A program made the translations under genes and the position numbers. A stretch of DNA of 64,000 nt, from contig URXE01000001.1 of NCBI GenBank assembly GCA_900551815.1, forward strand, positions 3,948 to 67,947, written 5' to 3'. Positions 33,226-41,745 of this stretch are shown in pieces (the stretch's first letter is position 1; the number at the start of each line of letters is the position of its first letter). Below the pieces are notes generated by a model, which saw only the letters and a program-made list of their open reading frames with translations, was not told where the DNA came from and made no database searches. This stretch comes from an uncultured Collinsella sp. (lineage in GTDB: Bacteria > Actinomycetota > Coriobacteriia > Coriobacteriales > Coriobacteriaceae).

Positions 33226-36003
33226 ATGGCACAGGAATTCACTTTTACCGTTAACGGCGTTGAGCGCACGACGACCCAAAACAAACCGCTGCTGCGCTAC
33301 CTGCGCGACGACCTGCACATTCACTCCGCCAAGGACGGCTGCTCCGAGGGCGCCTGCGGTACCTGCACCATTCACGTGGACGGTGCGGCCGTCAAGGCCT
33401 GCGTGCTGACCACCGCGCTTGCCGCCGGCCGCAACATCGTGACCGTCGAGGGCCTGCCCGAGGACGTGCGCGAGGCCTTCGTGTACGCCTTTGGCGCCGT
33501 GGGCGCCGTGCAGTGCGGCTTTTGCATCCCCGGCATGGTCATGGCGGGTGCAGCGCTCATCGCCGAGGACCCCGAGCCCACCGAGGAGCAGATTAAGTAC
33601 GCCATCCGCGGCAATGTATGCCGTTGCACCGGCTACAAGAAGATTATCGAGGGCATCTCGCTGGCCGCTGCGGTGCTCCGCGGCGAAAAGCAGATCGACG
33701 AGGACCTGGAGCGCGGCGACGACTACGGCGTGGGCAAGCGCGCCTTCCGTATCGACGTGCGCAAGAAGGTGCTCGGCGAGGGCAAGTATCCCGACGACAT
33801 CGACGAGCTCGATCAGCCGGGCCTGACCTATGCCAGCGCCGTGCGCTCCAAGTACCCGCGCGCCCGCGTGCTCTCCATCGACACCTCCAAGGCCGAGGCC
33901 CTGCCCGGTGTGGTGGGCATCCTGCGCGCCGAGGACGTGCCGGTCAACCAGGTCGGCCACCTTATCCAGGACTGGGACGTCATGATCGCCCAGGGCGATA
34001 TCACCCGCTGCATGGGCGATGCCATCGTGCTGGTGGTCGCCGAGGACGAGGCGACGCTCGAGAAGGCCAAGAAGCTCGTAAAGATTGACTACGAGCCGCT
34101 GGAGCCCGTGCGCAACATTGTCGAGGCCAGGGCCGCCGACGCCCCGCGCCTGCATGACAACTTCTTTGCCTTCGGCAACACAGTGGAGCTCAAGGACAAC
34201 GTGTGCCAGAGCCGTCATGTGACGCGCGGCGACGCCGCCAAGGCGCTGGCAGAGAGCGCGTTTACCGTGACACAGCGCTTTACCACGCCCTTTACCGAGC
34301 ATGCCTTCTTGGAGCCCGAGTGTGCCGTTGCCTTCCCGTACAAGAACGGCGTCAAGGTGCAGTCGACCGACCAGGGTGCCTACGATACGCGCAAAGAGTG
34401 CGCCCACATGTTTGGCTGGGATAGCGAGCCCGAGCGCGTGGTCGTCGAGACCATGCTCGTGGGCGGCGGCTTTGGCGGCAAGGAGGACGTGTCCATCCAA
34501 CACCTGGCCGCGCTTGCCGCATATAAGCTCCAGCGTCCTGTGAAGTGCAAGCTCACGCGTGCCGAGTCGCTTGCATTCCATCCCAAGCGCCACGCCATGG
34601 ACGGTACCTTTACACTGGGTTGCGACGCCGAGGGCAACTTTACCGGTCTGGATTGCGAGATCAACTTTGACACCGGCGCCTACGCGTCGCTGTGCGGTCC
34701 GGTGCTCGAGCGCGCCTGCACGCATGCCGTCGGCCCCTACAAGTACCAGAACACCGACATTCGCGGCTTTGGCTACTACACCAACAACCCGCCCGCCGGC
34801 GCGTACCGAGGCTTTGGCGTTTGCCAGTCCGAGTTTGCGCTCGAGAGCCTGATCGACCTGCTGGCCGAGAAGGTCGGCCTGGATCCGTGGGAGATTCGCT
34901 ACAGAAACGCCATCGAGCCGGGCGAGGTTTTGCCCAACGGCCAGATTGCCGACTGCTCCACGGCGCTGAAGGAGACACTGCTCGAGGTCAAGGATGCCTA
35001 CTATGCGCATCCCGGACACGCCGGTATCGCCTGCGCCATGAAGAACGCTGGCGTGGGCGTTGGCCTGCCCGATGCCGGCCGCTGCAAGATTCGCGTCGAG
35101 AACGGCGTGGCCGTGGTCTATGCCGCTACGTCCGACATCGGCCAGGGCTGCAACACGGTCTTTTTGCAGGACGTTGCCGAGGCCTGCGGTCTGCCGCTGA
35201 GCTGCATCGCCAACGGCGAGTGTTCCACCGAGAACGCTCCCGACTCCGGCACCACGTCTGGCTCGCGTCAGACGGTCGTGACCGGCGAGGCCGTGCGCGG
35301 TGCCGCTTTCCTGCTGCGCGATGCCATGCTTGACATCGAGGCCGGCAAGTCTGCGCCCGCCGCTCCCGTGAATGCGCATGGCGACGGCGTCAAGATCGAG
35401 TACGACGACGGTCGCGCCTATCAGCTGCACACGCAGGAGCTCGTCGCCGGCCAGGGTATGCATCCTCAGGATCCCGCGGCCGCCATCAAGGCGCTCGAGG
35501 GATGCGAGTTTGGCTACGTGTACTTGGAGCCGACCGACAAGCTGGGCGCCGACGTTCCCAATCCCAAGAGCCACATCTGCTACGGCTTTGCCACGCACGT
35601 GGTCATTTTGGACGATGACGGCCGCGTGAGCGAGGTCTATGCCGCGCACGATTCCGGCAAGGTGGTCAACCCCATCTCCATTCAGGGCCAGATCGAAGGC
35701 GGCGTGCTTATGGGTATGGGCTATGCGCTTACCGAGGATTGGCCGCTCAAGGACTGCGTGCCCCAGGCAAGGTATGGCACGCTCGGGCTGTTCCGTGCGC
35801 CCGAGATTCCGGATATCCACGCCATTTACGTGGAGAAGGACGAGCTGCTGCCCGTTGCATATGGCGGCAAGGGCATCGGCGAGATCGCAACGATCCCCAC
35901 GGCGCCCGCCGTACAGAACGCCTACCGCGCGTTCGACGGCAAGCTGCGTCCCGATCTGCCCATGGTGGATACGCCCTACAGCCGCGCCCGTCACCGCGGG
36001 TAG
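33226..36003 (+). CDS. xdh: Selenium-dependent xanthine dehydrogenase-type molybdenum hydroxylase (2Fe-2S + Moco domains)
   Basis: GCSEGACGTC, QCGFCIPG, CRCTGY, GGGFGGK, AYRGFG, GKGIGE. Confidence 0.9.
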   Translation: MAQEFTFTVNGVERTTTQNKPLLRYLRDDLHIHSAKDGCSEGACGTCTIHVDGAAVKACVLTTALAAGRNIVTVEGLPEDVREAFVYAFGAVGAVQCGFCIPGMVMAGAALIAEDPEPTEEQIKYAIRGNVCRCTGYKKIIEGISLAAAVLRGEKQIDEDLERGDDYGVGKRAFRIDVRKKVLGEGKYPDDIDELDQPGLTYASAVRSKYPRARVLSIDTSKAEALPGVVGILRAEDVPVNQVGHLIQDWDVMIAQGDITRCMGDAIVLVVAEDEATLEKAKKLVKIDYEPLEPVRNIVEARAADAPRLHDNFFAFGNTVELKDNVCQSRHVTRGDAAKALAESAFTVTQRFTTPFTEHAFLEPECAVAFPYKNGVKVQSTDQGAYDTRKECAHMFGWDSEPERVVVETMLVGGGFGGKEDVSIQHLAALAAYKLQRPVKCKLTRAESLAFHPKRHAMDGTFTLGCDAEGNFTGLDCEINFDTGAYASLCGPVLERACTHAVGPYKYQNTDIRGFGYYTNNPPAGAYRGFGVCQSEFALESLIDLLAEKVGLDPWEIRYRNAIEPGEVLPNGQIADCSTALKETLLEVKDAYYAHPGHAGIACAMKNAGVGVGLPDAGRCKIRVENGVAVVYAATSDIGQGCNTVFLQDVAEACGLPLSCIANGECSTENAPDSGTTSGSRQTVVTGEAVRGAAFLLRDAMLDIEAGKSAPAAPVNAHGDGVKIEYDDGRAYQLHTQELVAGQGMHPQDPAAAIKALEGCEFGYVYLEPTDKLGADVPNPKSHICYGFATHVVILDDDGRVSEVYAAHDSGKVVNPISIQGQIEGGVLMGMGYALTEDWPLKDCVPQARYGTLGLFRAPEIPDIHAIYVEKDELLPVAYGGKGIGEIATIPTAPAVQNAYRAFDGKLRPDLPMVDTPYSRARHRG

Positions 36004-36072
36004 GGTAGAGCGCGTACGGCCATTGCTAACGGGCCGTTCGCGCTCGGCATCAACTACATACGCTGCGCCTTT

Positions 36073-36104
36073 GGCCCCAGCTCCATCGCGAGCCGGGGCC
36101 TTTT
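36073..36104 (+). terminator. Intrinsic terminator after xdh
   Basis: GGCCCCAGCTC-N6-GAGCCGGGGCC-TTTT. Confidence 0.75.
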
Positions 36105-36124
36105 GTTTGGAGCGCCTCCGCATG

Positions 36125-36449
36125 CGGAAGCTGCGTCCCAGATTTCGGCTCCAGAATGGGACGTACTTTCCGGACGGGGCTTCAAACGGAAACTGTATCC
36201 CGGATTCGACGCTCAGAATGGGATGCGTTTTCCGGTAGAGGCCTCAAATGGAAAGTGTGTCCCGGAATATGGCTCCAGCCTGGGATGCATTTTCCGGTTG
36301 AAGCCTCAAGCGGAAACTGCGTCCCGGAATTCGGTCTCGGAACGGGTCGTGCTTTCCGGATCGCCCCTCAACCGGAAGCTGTGTCCCGGAATCATGCCTC
36401 AGAATGGGACGCGTTTTCCATTGGCGTGGCCGTTGGGAAAACGCGGCCC
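36125..36449 (+). repeat. 62-bp unit array 1 (5 units + 1 box)
   Basis: Units start 36125, 36187, 36249, 36311, 36373, 36435; consensus CGGAAACTGYRTCCC-N18-GGGAYRYNYTTTCCG-N14. Confidence 0.92.
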
Positions 36450-36490
36450 AGATAGGGGGGGCGATCCGGCGATGCGCGGCCTAGCAGCTC

Positions 36491-37489
36491 CTACAGTCCC
36501 ACGTCGTTGAGCCATGTCGGTAGCGCGGTCTGCCGGATGCCTGCCGTCTGCAGCTTTTTGGCGAGCACTCCTGCCGAGCGGACCTCGTTTATGGTAAAGC
36601 GCAGCAGAGGATGACCGTAGAGCGATAGGTGCGCCTCGCGCTGTCGTTCGGCAACGAGCGCCTCGGCGGTGGTGCGTCCGGCTAACATGGCCTGGTCGGT
36701 ATATTTGATGAGCCCGTCGAGCTCGCCCAGCGTGAGTTCCCGCGCCTGGCGCTCCCAGGCAAAGTCCGTTCGTATGGGCTTGGCCGAATCGAAGGGGTCC
36801 GTCAATTCGTATTGAAGCCAGTCGGGCGCAAAACCGGTCTCGATCATGGCGGCTCGGGCGACCGATTCCCCGCCGCTCTCGGCGCGGGCGTCGGCATATC
36901 GAAGCGTTGTGAGGGCGGTGCGAATCGCGCGACCATTGCGGGCGGTCGTTCGTTGCTCGACGGCCTCCATCAGCTGTTCCCGCGCAAGGCCGAACTTTGA
37001 GATCGCCGAATCGGCAATGGGCATGCCGTCGGCAAAACCAGTTTGCAGCAGGCAATCTGTGGCCGTTTGGATGGGCGGCGTTACCGATATGCCGGCTCTG
37101 TGTATTGCTCCGGCCGGCTCAATCTGGTGCCGCTGAATATGCGCGCCCGGGCGAGCCGACGGCTTTGTGGCGCTGCAGGCATGCACGACATTCAGGTGTC
37201 GCCACGAGACCTCGAGCCCCAGCAGGCAGGCAGCCGAAAACGCGCAGAACGTCCAATCGGGGTGGATGATCGCAAGGGCGCGAATAATCTCGCAATGACG
37301 CTGCGCCCGGTTGAGCTCATCCCAGCGTATTTTGCGCGCGAACAATCCCGGCATGGGGGAGACGACCGTGCTGCCGGTGCGCCGAAGGAGCGTTTTTCGG
37401 ATCGCCGCGCTCGGGGGAATCAGACAGCGCCCCTCTTGTTCGGCTTGGTTCAACAGCTGGTCGATGAGTTGGTCATTGCAATGGGTCAT
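36491..37489 (-). CDS. Actinobacterial AbiEi-like protein with C-terminal Vsr/DUF559-like nuclease domain
   Basis: FSAACLLGL, VTPPIQTATD, AESGGESVAR, RTDFAW, GELDGLIKY, ERQREAHL..G..LLRF; family recognised from motifs only. Confidence 0.7.
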   Translation of the reverse strand: MTHCNDQLIDQLLNQAEQEGRCLIPPSAAIRKTLLRRTGSTVVSPMPGLFARKIRWDELNRAQRHCEIIRALAIIHPDWTFCAFSAACLLGLEVSWRHLNVVHACSATKPSARPGAHIQRHQIEPAGAIHRAGISVTPPIQTATDCLLQTGFADGMPIADSAISKFGLAREQLMEAVEQRTTARNGRAIRTALTTLRYADARAESGGESVARAAMIETGFAPDWLQYELTDPFDSAKPIRTDFAWERQARELTLGELDGLIKYTDQAMLAGRTTAEALVAERQREAHLSLYGHPLLRFTINEVRSAGVLAKKLQTAGIRQTALPTWLNDVGL

Positions 37490-37785
37490 GAGCTACCGCC
37501 TCCTTTTGGGTAGCAAAAACGTATCAGCCGGAACTTGCCGCTCAGCTGACCAAAAGCTGACCAAAATCTAACCATGCAGGTAGATGGCCTGGTTTTGACG
37601 CCATTTTTTGAAGCCGAATCGGCGGGCGGTAATCGACATCCGTGAACGGTAGCTAGTTATGAAGCCTTGGTAAGTTTCGGGACGTGTACTTTTTCGAAAA
37701 AGAGCAATCTATCTGCTGTTTTGTGTTTCTGGATCGCATATTTGAAGGCATGTGATAAAGGCGGCGGATCGTCGACTGGTATCTG

Positions 37786-38080
37786 CGGAAACTGTGACCC
37801 AGATTTCGGCCCCAGGGTGGGATGCCGTTTCCGGATCGGGCCTCAAACGGAAATTGCATCCCGGAACGAGCGCTCAGAGCGGGATGAACTTTCCCAACGG
37901 GGCCGCAGGCGGAAATTGCGTCCCGGATTCGACGTTCAGAATGGGATGCGCTTTCCGGTAGAGGCTTCAGCGGAAAATGCATCCCAGAATTCAGGCTCAG
38001 AACGGGACGCACTTTCCGGATGGCATGTTTGGCGGAAACTACGGCCCAGTTTTTGGCTCCAGAACGGGATACATTTTCCG
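37786..38080 (+). repeat. 62-bp unit array 2 (5 units)
   Basis: Units start 37786, 37848, 37910, 37971, 38033. Confidence 0.92.
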
Positions 38081-38133
38081 GAACGGTCCACGTGCGGTGG
38101 TATACCGCCCTTTTGCGTGCGCCGCTTGTCGAA

Positions 38134-38189
38134 TTACGTTATAGCTAGCTATATTATTGTAAGGTATAATATGGCTAGCTATAACGTAA
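38134..38189. promoter_or_regulatory. 24-bp-arm inverted repeat overlapping TATAAT, putative operator/promoter of the ATPase gene
   Basis: TTACGTTATAGCTAGCTATATTAT-N8-ATAATATGGCTAGCTATAACGTAA (1 mismatch); TATAAT at 38165-38170. Confidence 0.75.
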
Positions 38190-38204
38190 GGGAAGGATGG
38201 CCCT

Positions 38205-39584
38205 ATGTTTATCGGAAGAACAGCGGAAATGTCCGAGCTCAATCGACTGCATGGCACGGGCTCCTTTGAGATGCCTGTGATTTACGGCCGCCGTCGTGTG
38301 GGTAAAACGCGCCTTATCACAGAGTTCATCCAAGGCAAGAAGGCTATTTACTTTCAAGCTCGTCGTACCAATGCAGAGGCAAACCTGCACGGCTTTAGCC
38401 AGGCGATACTTGCAGGCTCGGTTGGTGCTGCTAGCGTGTCGTTTCGTAGCTTTGACGAGGCGTTTGATGCATTGGCCACCATGGCTCGCACGGAACGTTT
38501 GATTGTCGTGATTGACGAGTATCCCTATCTCGCCCAATCGAATCCCGAGATCAGTTCGTTGCTGCAAGACAAGATTGATCACCTGTACAAAGAGACTAGG
38601 CTCATGCTTATCCTGTGCGGGTCGTCGCTTTCGTTTATGGAAGAGCAGGTGCTGGGCTACGAGAGTCCGCTATACGGTAGGCGTACGGCCCAGTTTAAGA
38701 TCATGCCGCTCGATTTTACGACGACCCTCGGCTTGTGGCAGAGCATGGGTCGCGAAGACGCTGCGGTTTGCTATGGCATGACGGGCGGCATTCCTGCATA
38801 TATCGAGAAAGTCGATCCTGCCGCACCGCTCAAGGACAACATCAAACGTCTTTTTCTTACTCCTACGGGCTATCTCTTTGAGGAGCCGAGTAACCTGCTG
38901 TTGCAAGAGTGCCGCAATCCCGAGCAATATGATGCGATTGTGCAAGCAATTGCCCAGGGGCGCTCGAAGATCTCGGAGATTGCGAGTTCTACGGGAATCC
39001 CCGCGAGCAACGTAAAGAGCTATGTGGATAAGCTGGCGTCGCTTGGGATTGTCGAGCGCGAGCTGCCCCTAAACGAAACGAGCAACAAGCGAGCCGTGTA
39101 TCTGCTGAGCGACCAGATGTTTAGGTTCTGGTACAAGTTTGTTCCGCAGAACATCGGGCTGATTCAAAACAATATGGCTGAGATGGCGTATAAGCGCATT
39201 GAGCCGCACGTATCGGATTACATGGGTACGGTCTTTGAGCTTATATGCAGGCAATATGTTTACGAACTCGCGCGCGTGGGCCGGCTCGATGTGGTTCCGG
39301 CGAGCGTCGGGCGCTGGTGGGGGACGGATAATCGCACGCATACGCAGGAAGAAATCGACTTGATTGTTGACGATGGCGAGGGCACTGCGCTCTTTGCGGA
39401 GTGCAAATGGCGTAACGAACCGGTAGGCGAGGATGTTCTGGAAAAGCTCGTGTATCGAAGCGAGCTCTTTAGACGGCAACGAAAAAGCTATGCACTATTC
39501 TCCAAAAGCGGCTTTACGCAGGGATGTTGGGATGCTGCAGAGAGCAGGGGAGACGTCAAGCTGATTTCGTTTGCCGAGATGTGA
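38205..39584 (+). CDS. Archaeal-type ATPase with wHTH and C-terminal PD-(D/E)XK nuclease (DUF234-like)
   Basis: FIGRTAE, Walker A YGRRRVGKT, Walker B VVIDEYPY, GGIPAY, EEIDL...FAECKW. Confidence 0.88.
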   Translation: MFIGRTAEMSELNRLHGTGSFEMPVIYGRRRVGKTRLITEFIQGKKAIYFQARRTNAEANLHGFSQAILAGSVGAASVSFRSFDEAFDALATMARTERLIVVIDEYPYLAQSNPEISSLLQDKIDHLYKETRLMLILCGSSLSFMEEQVLGYESPLYGRRTAQFKIMPLDFTTTLGLWQSMGREDAAVCYGMTGGIPAYIEKVDPAAPLKDNIKRLFLTPTGYLFEEPSNLLLQECRNPEQYDAIVQAIAQGRSKISEIASSTGIPASNVKSYVDKLASLGIVERELPLNETSNKRAVYLLSDQMFRFWYKFVPQNIGLIQNNMAEMAYKRIEPHVSDYMGTVFELICRQYVYELARVGRLDVVPASVGRWWGTDNRTHTQEEIDLIVDDGEGTALFAECKWRNEPVGEDVLEKLVYRSELFRRQRKSYALFSKSGFTQGCWDAAESRGDVKLISFAEM

Positions 39585-39593
39585 GGGCGGGGA

Positions 39594-39916
39594 TAATGAA
39601 GCGCGTCCTGATTTGATGCTGGGAATGGGATGTGCTTTCCTTTTGCGACCTTTGGCGGAAAGTGCGTTCCAGATTTCGGCTTCAGAATGGGATGCTGTTT
39701 CCGGATCGGCACTCAGGCGGAAACTACGACCCGGAGTTTGGCTCCAAAACGGGATACGCTTTCCTGGTGGCATCTCCAGCGGAAACTGCATCCCGGAATG
39801 AGCTCTCGGAACGGGACACGCTTTCCCATCGGGGCTTCAAACGGAAACCGTGTCCCGGACGAGCCTCAGGGTGGGACACATTTTCCGGTAGAGGCCTGGG
39901 ACGGAAGGCGTGTCCC
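39594..39916 (+). repeat. 62-bp unit array 3 (1 degenerate + 4 units + 1 box)
   Basis: Units start ~39594, 39656, 39718, 39780, 39842, 39902. Confidence 0.9.
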
Positions 39917-40021
39917 AGAATCCGGCTAATCCGATGGCCAGGTGGTTGAGCGAGCGAGCTCCGAGGCTCCATTACTGAAAATTCATTTGTTAAACCTGGC
40001 AACCGTGGGTAGAATAAAGTC

Positions 40022-40108
40022 GACGGCAGCCCAAGGGTGATAGCTGGGCAGCGCCGTTACTTAGTTCAAGGGGTCAATGCCTTAACGGCGTCGACCCCTC
40101 TTCTTTTG
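40022..40108 (+). ncRNA. Putative antisense antitoxin RNA
   Basis: TTGTTA-N17-TAGAAT at 39987-40015; terminator-like hairpin 40069-40099 + U-rich tail; overlaps 3' end of toxin ORF. Confidence 0.6.
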
Positions 40109-40207
40109 CTTCGTACGCTGCTTGAGTGCCTCGGTAAGTCCGATAAGCGCCGTGAGGAGCGAGACCAAAGCGGTCAGGAGCTTCACGAAATCAATCAGAT
40201 CGGTCAT
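40082..40207 (-). CDS. Putative type I toxin, 41-aa membrane peptide
   Basis: MTDLIDFVKLLTALVSLLTALIGLTEALKQRTKQKKRGRRR; GGAGGTG SD; extended -10 TGaTAGAAT at 40280-40272. Confidence 0.75.
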   Translation of the reverse strand: MTDLIDFVKLLTALVSLLTALIGLTEALKQRTKQKKRGRRR

Positions 40208-40297
40208 GGGCATCACCTCCCGTCGCATGGAGGGCGCTGCCCGGCACATGGAACTGCCGTCAACAACTGCAATTCTATCAAAGCGCGGTCATAAATA

Positions 40298-40311
40298 CGA
40301 ATATATGTTCG
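40298..40311. promoter_or_regulatory. Putative LexA (SOS) box
   Basis: CGAATATATGTTCG, 1 mismatch to CGAAC-N4-GTTCG. Confidence 0.55.
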
Positions 40312-40477
40312 CTTATAATGGTGCATCGGGCTGATGGCTCTTTTGGGACTATCCATACAGCGCGCGGACATCGAGCGTGGCATTGCGCCCCGCTTTTATG
40401 TCCGCGCGACCGCCTATTCTTACGGCAATGTAGCCGCCTATGAAACGAGCGGCAGTTGACGGAGAAAGGCCCTGACC

Positions 40478-41212
40478 GTGCCAGACAAAAAGACGCCGGG
40501 TGTGTCGGCTATCGATACGACGAACTTTGCGCGCCAGATCGTGCTCGACTTTGAGTTCGCTCCGGTGCCAAAGCAGCGCCAGCGCCGTGGGTTGCGCAAT
40601 GAGATTATCGAGGTCGGCGCCGTCAAGCTCGATTACCGCGGCAACGTGATGGGCGAGTTCTCGCAGTTTGTGCAGACGGAATATGCCGAAGGTGTTGCGT
40701 ATCCCGTCCGCGAGCTCACGGGGATATCGGCCGTGGACACTGCGATGGCCGATCCGCTCTACGTGGTGATTAAAAGGCTCGGCGATTGGATCGGTCGCTA
40801 CTCCGCTCAGGTGGTTTGCTGGAGCGGGGCGGACCGCCGACAGCTTTTGACCGAGTGCCAGGCAAAGCGCATCGACCTTTCCTCATTTCCTACGGACTGG
40901 GCCGACTTGCAGGCGTTTTACACCTCGATCATGGACGTTGACAGCCATGGGCACGTCTCGTTGGGCGACGCGGCGACGTGGTTTGGCATCGAGTTTGACG
41001 AGTCGACGGGCCATGCCCACAGCGCCCTAGCCGATGCGCGCGTGACCGCCAAGCTGCTCAAGCAGATGATGGACGGGGACTATCGAGTGAGTCCGCACGC
41101 CCAGGAGATCCGCCAGCGGTGGGGGATGGGCGAGCGAGCTCAGACGCGCCTTTCTAGCAAGTGCCCCGAGCTGGGTGACTTGCTGCTGAAGCTGAAGGCG
41201 GAGGGGAGGTAG
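40478..41212 (+). CDS. DEDDh 3'-5' exonuclease (ERI-1/KapD-like)
   Basis: VLDFEF, EIIEVGAV, HSALADARVTA. Confidence 0.85.
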   Translation: MPDKKTPGVSAIDTTNFARQIVLDFEFAPVPKQRQRRGLRNEIIEVGAVKLDYRGNVMGEFSQFVQTEYAEGVAYPVRELTGISAVDTAMADPLYVVIKRLGDWIGRYSAQVVCWSGADRRQLLTECQAKRIDLSSFPTDWADLQAFYTSIMDVDSHGHVSLGDAATWFGIEFDESTGHAHSALADARVTAKLLKQMMDGDYRVSPHAQEIRQRWGMGERAQTRLSSKCPELGDLLLKLKAEGR

Positions 41213-41322
41213 GCCTTTTGAGAACGCCATTCGGTTTGGCATGGCGGAGCTGTAAGCGCGGCTCCACCATGCTGTTTGAATCAAAGCGTCAACCAGTATG
41301 ACGAGCTGCCTGGTCTGTCTGC

Positions 41323-41745
41323 CTACACCATCGCAATCCCGCGCACGGCACTCAGCAGCTCGTGCTCCCTCTGGCTCCATTGGCGCAGCTCGGCCGCGCG
41401 CACGGCGCCGCGGCACAGGTCCAGGAATGCCTCGGCTCCCTCGCAGAAGCACTCGCGGGCAAAGGCGCCGGATCCGTCCGCAACGCACTTGCCGTCGGCA
41501 AAGAGCTTCCAGCTGGACGGCTCGCGCGAGTCGTCTCCGAGCAGCTTGATCTGCAGTACGTGCGGGTTGCCGGCAGCACAGAGCTCTTCCTCGAGCTTCT
41601 GTACCGTAAAGCGCATCTGGTGGGAGAGGCTGCTCTTGACCATGGTCGAGGCGTAGCCATTCGGCTCGTCCAGAAGATGCATTCGTTTTGGTTCGGATGC
41701 CAGGTTGTGGAAATTGCGCTCACTGCGCACGGAGAAATTGTCCAT
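41323..41745 (-). CDS. Hypothetical protein, 140 aa
   Basis: GAAAGGAG RBS before ATG 41745; no family recognised. Confidence 0.65.
   Translation of the reverse strand: MDNFSVRSERNFHNLASEPKRMHLLDEPNGYASTMVKSSLSHQMRFTVQKLEEELCAAGNPHVLQIKLLGDDSREPSSWKLFADGKCVADGSGAFARECFCEGAEAFLDLCRGAVRAAELRQWSQREHELLSAVRGIAMV

Noticed and set aside
29723..36003. Selenocysteine recoding in ygfK/xdh
   Set aside because: Both frames are open with no in-frame TGA; the yqeB/yqeC context points to labile selenium instead
32698..36123. 1141-aa and other long antisense ORFs (e.g. 48242-50692, 52263-54188, 4279-6042)
   Set aside because: Shadow frames of high-GC genes with clear motifs on the opposite strand
36103..36510. 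ORFs over the arrays (also 37667-38269 and 39571-39949)
   Set aside because: The 62-bp period shifts frame every unit and there is no RBS; these are translation artefacts of the repeat
36125..39916. CRISPR or TIGR interpretation of the 62-bp arrays
   Set aside because: Repeats are degenerate, spacers are short (14/18 bp) and related to each other, and no cas or Nop-domain gene is present
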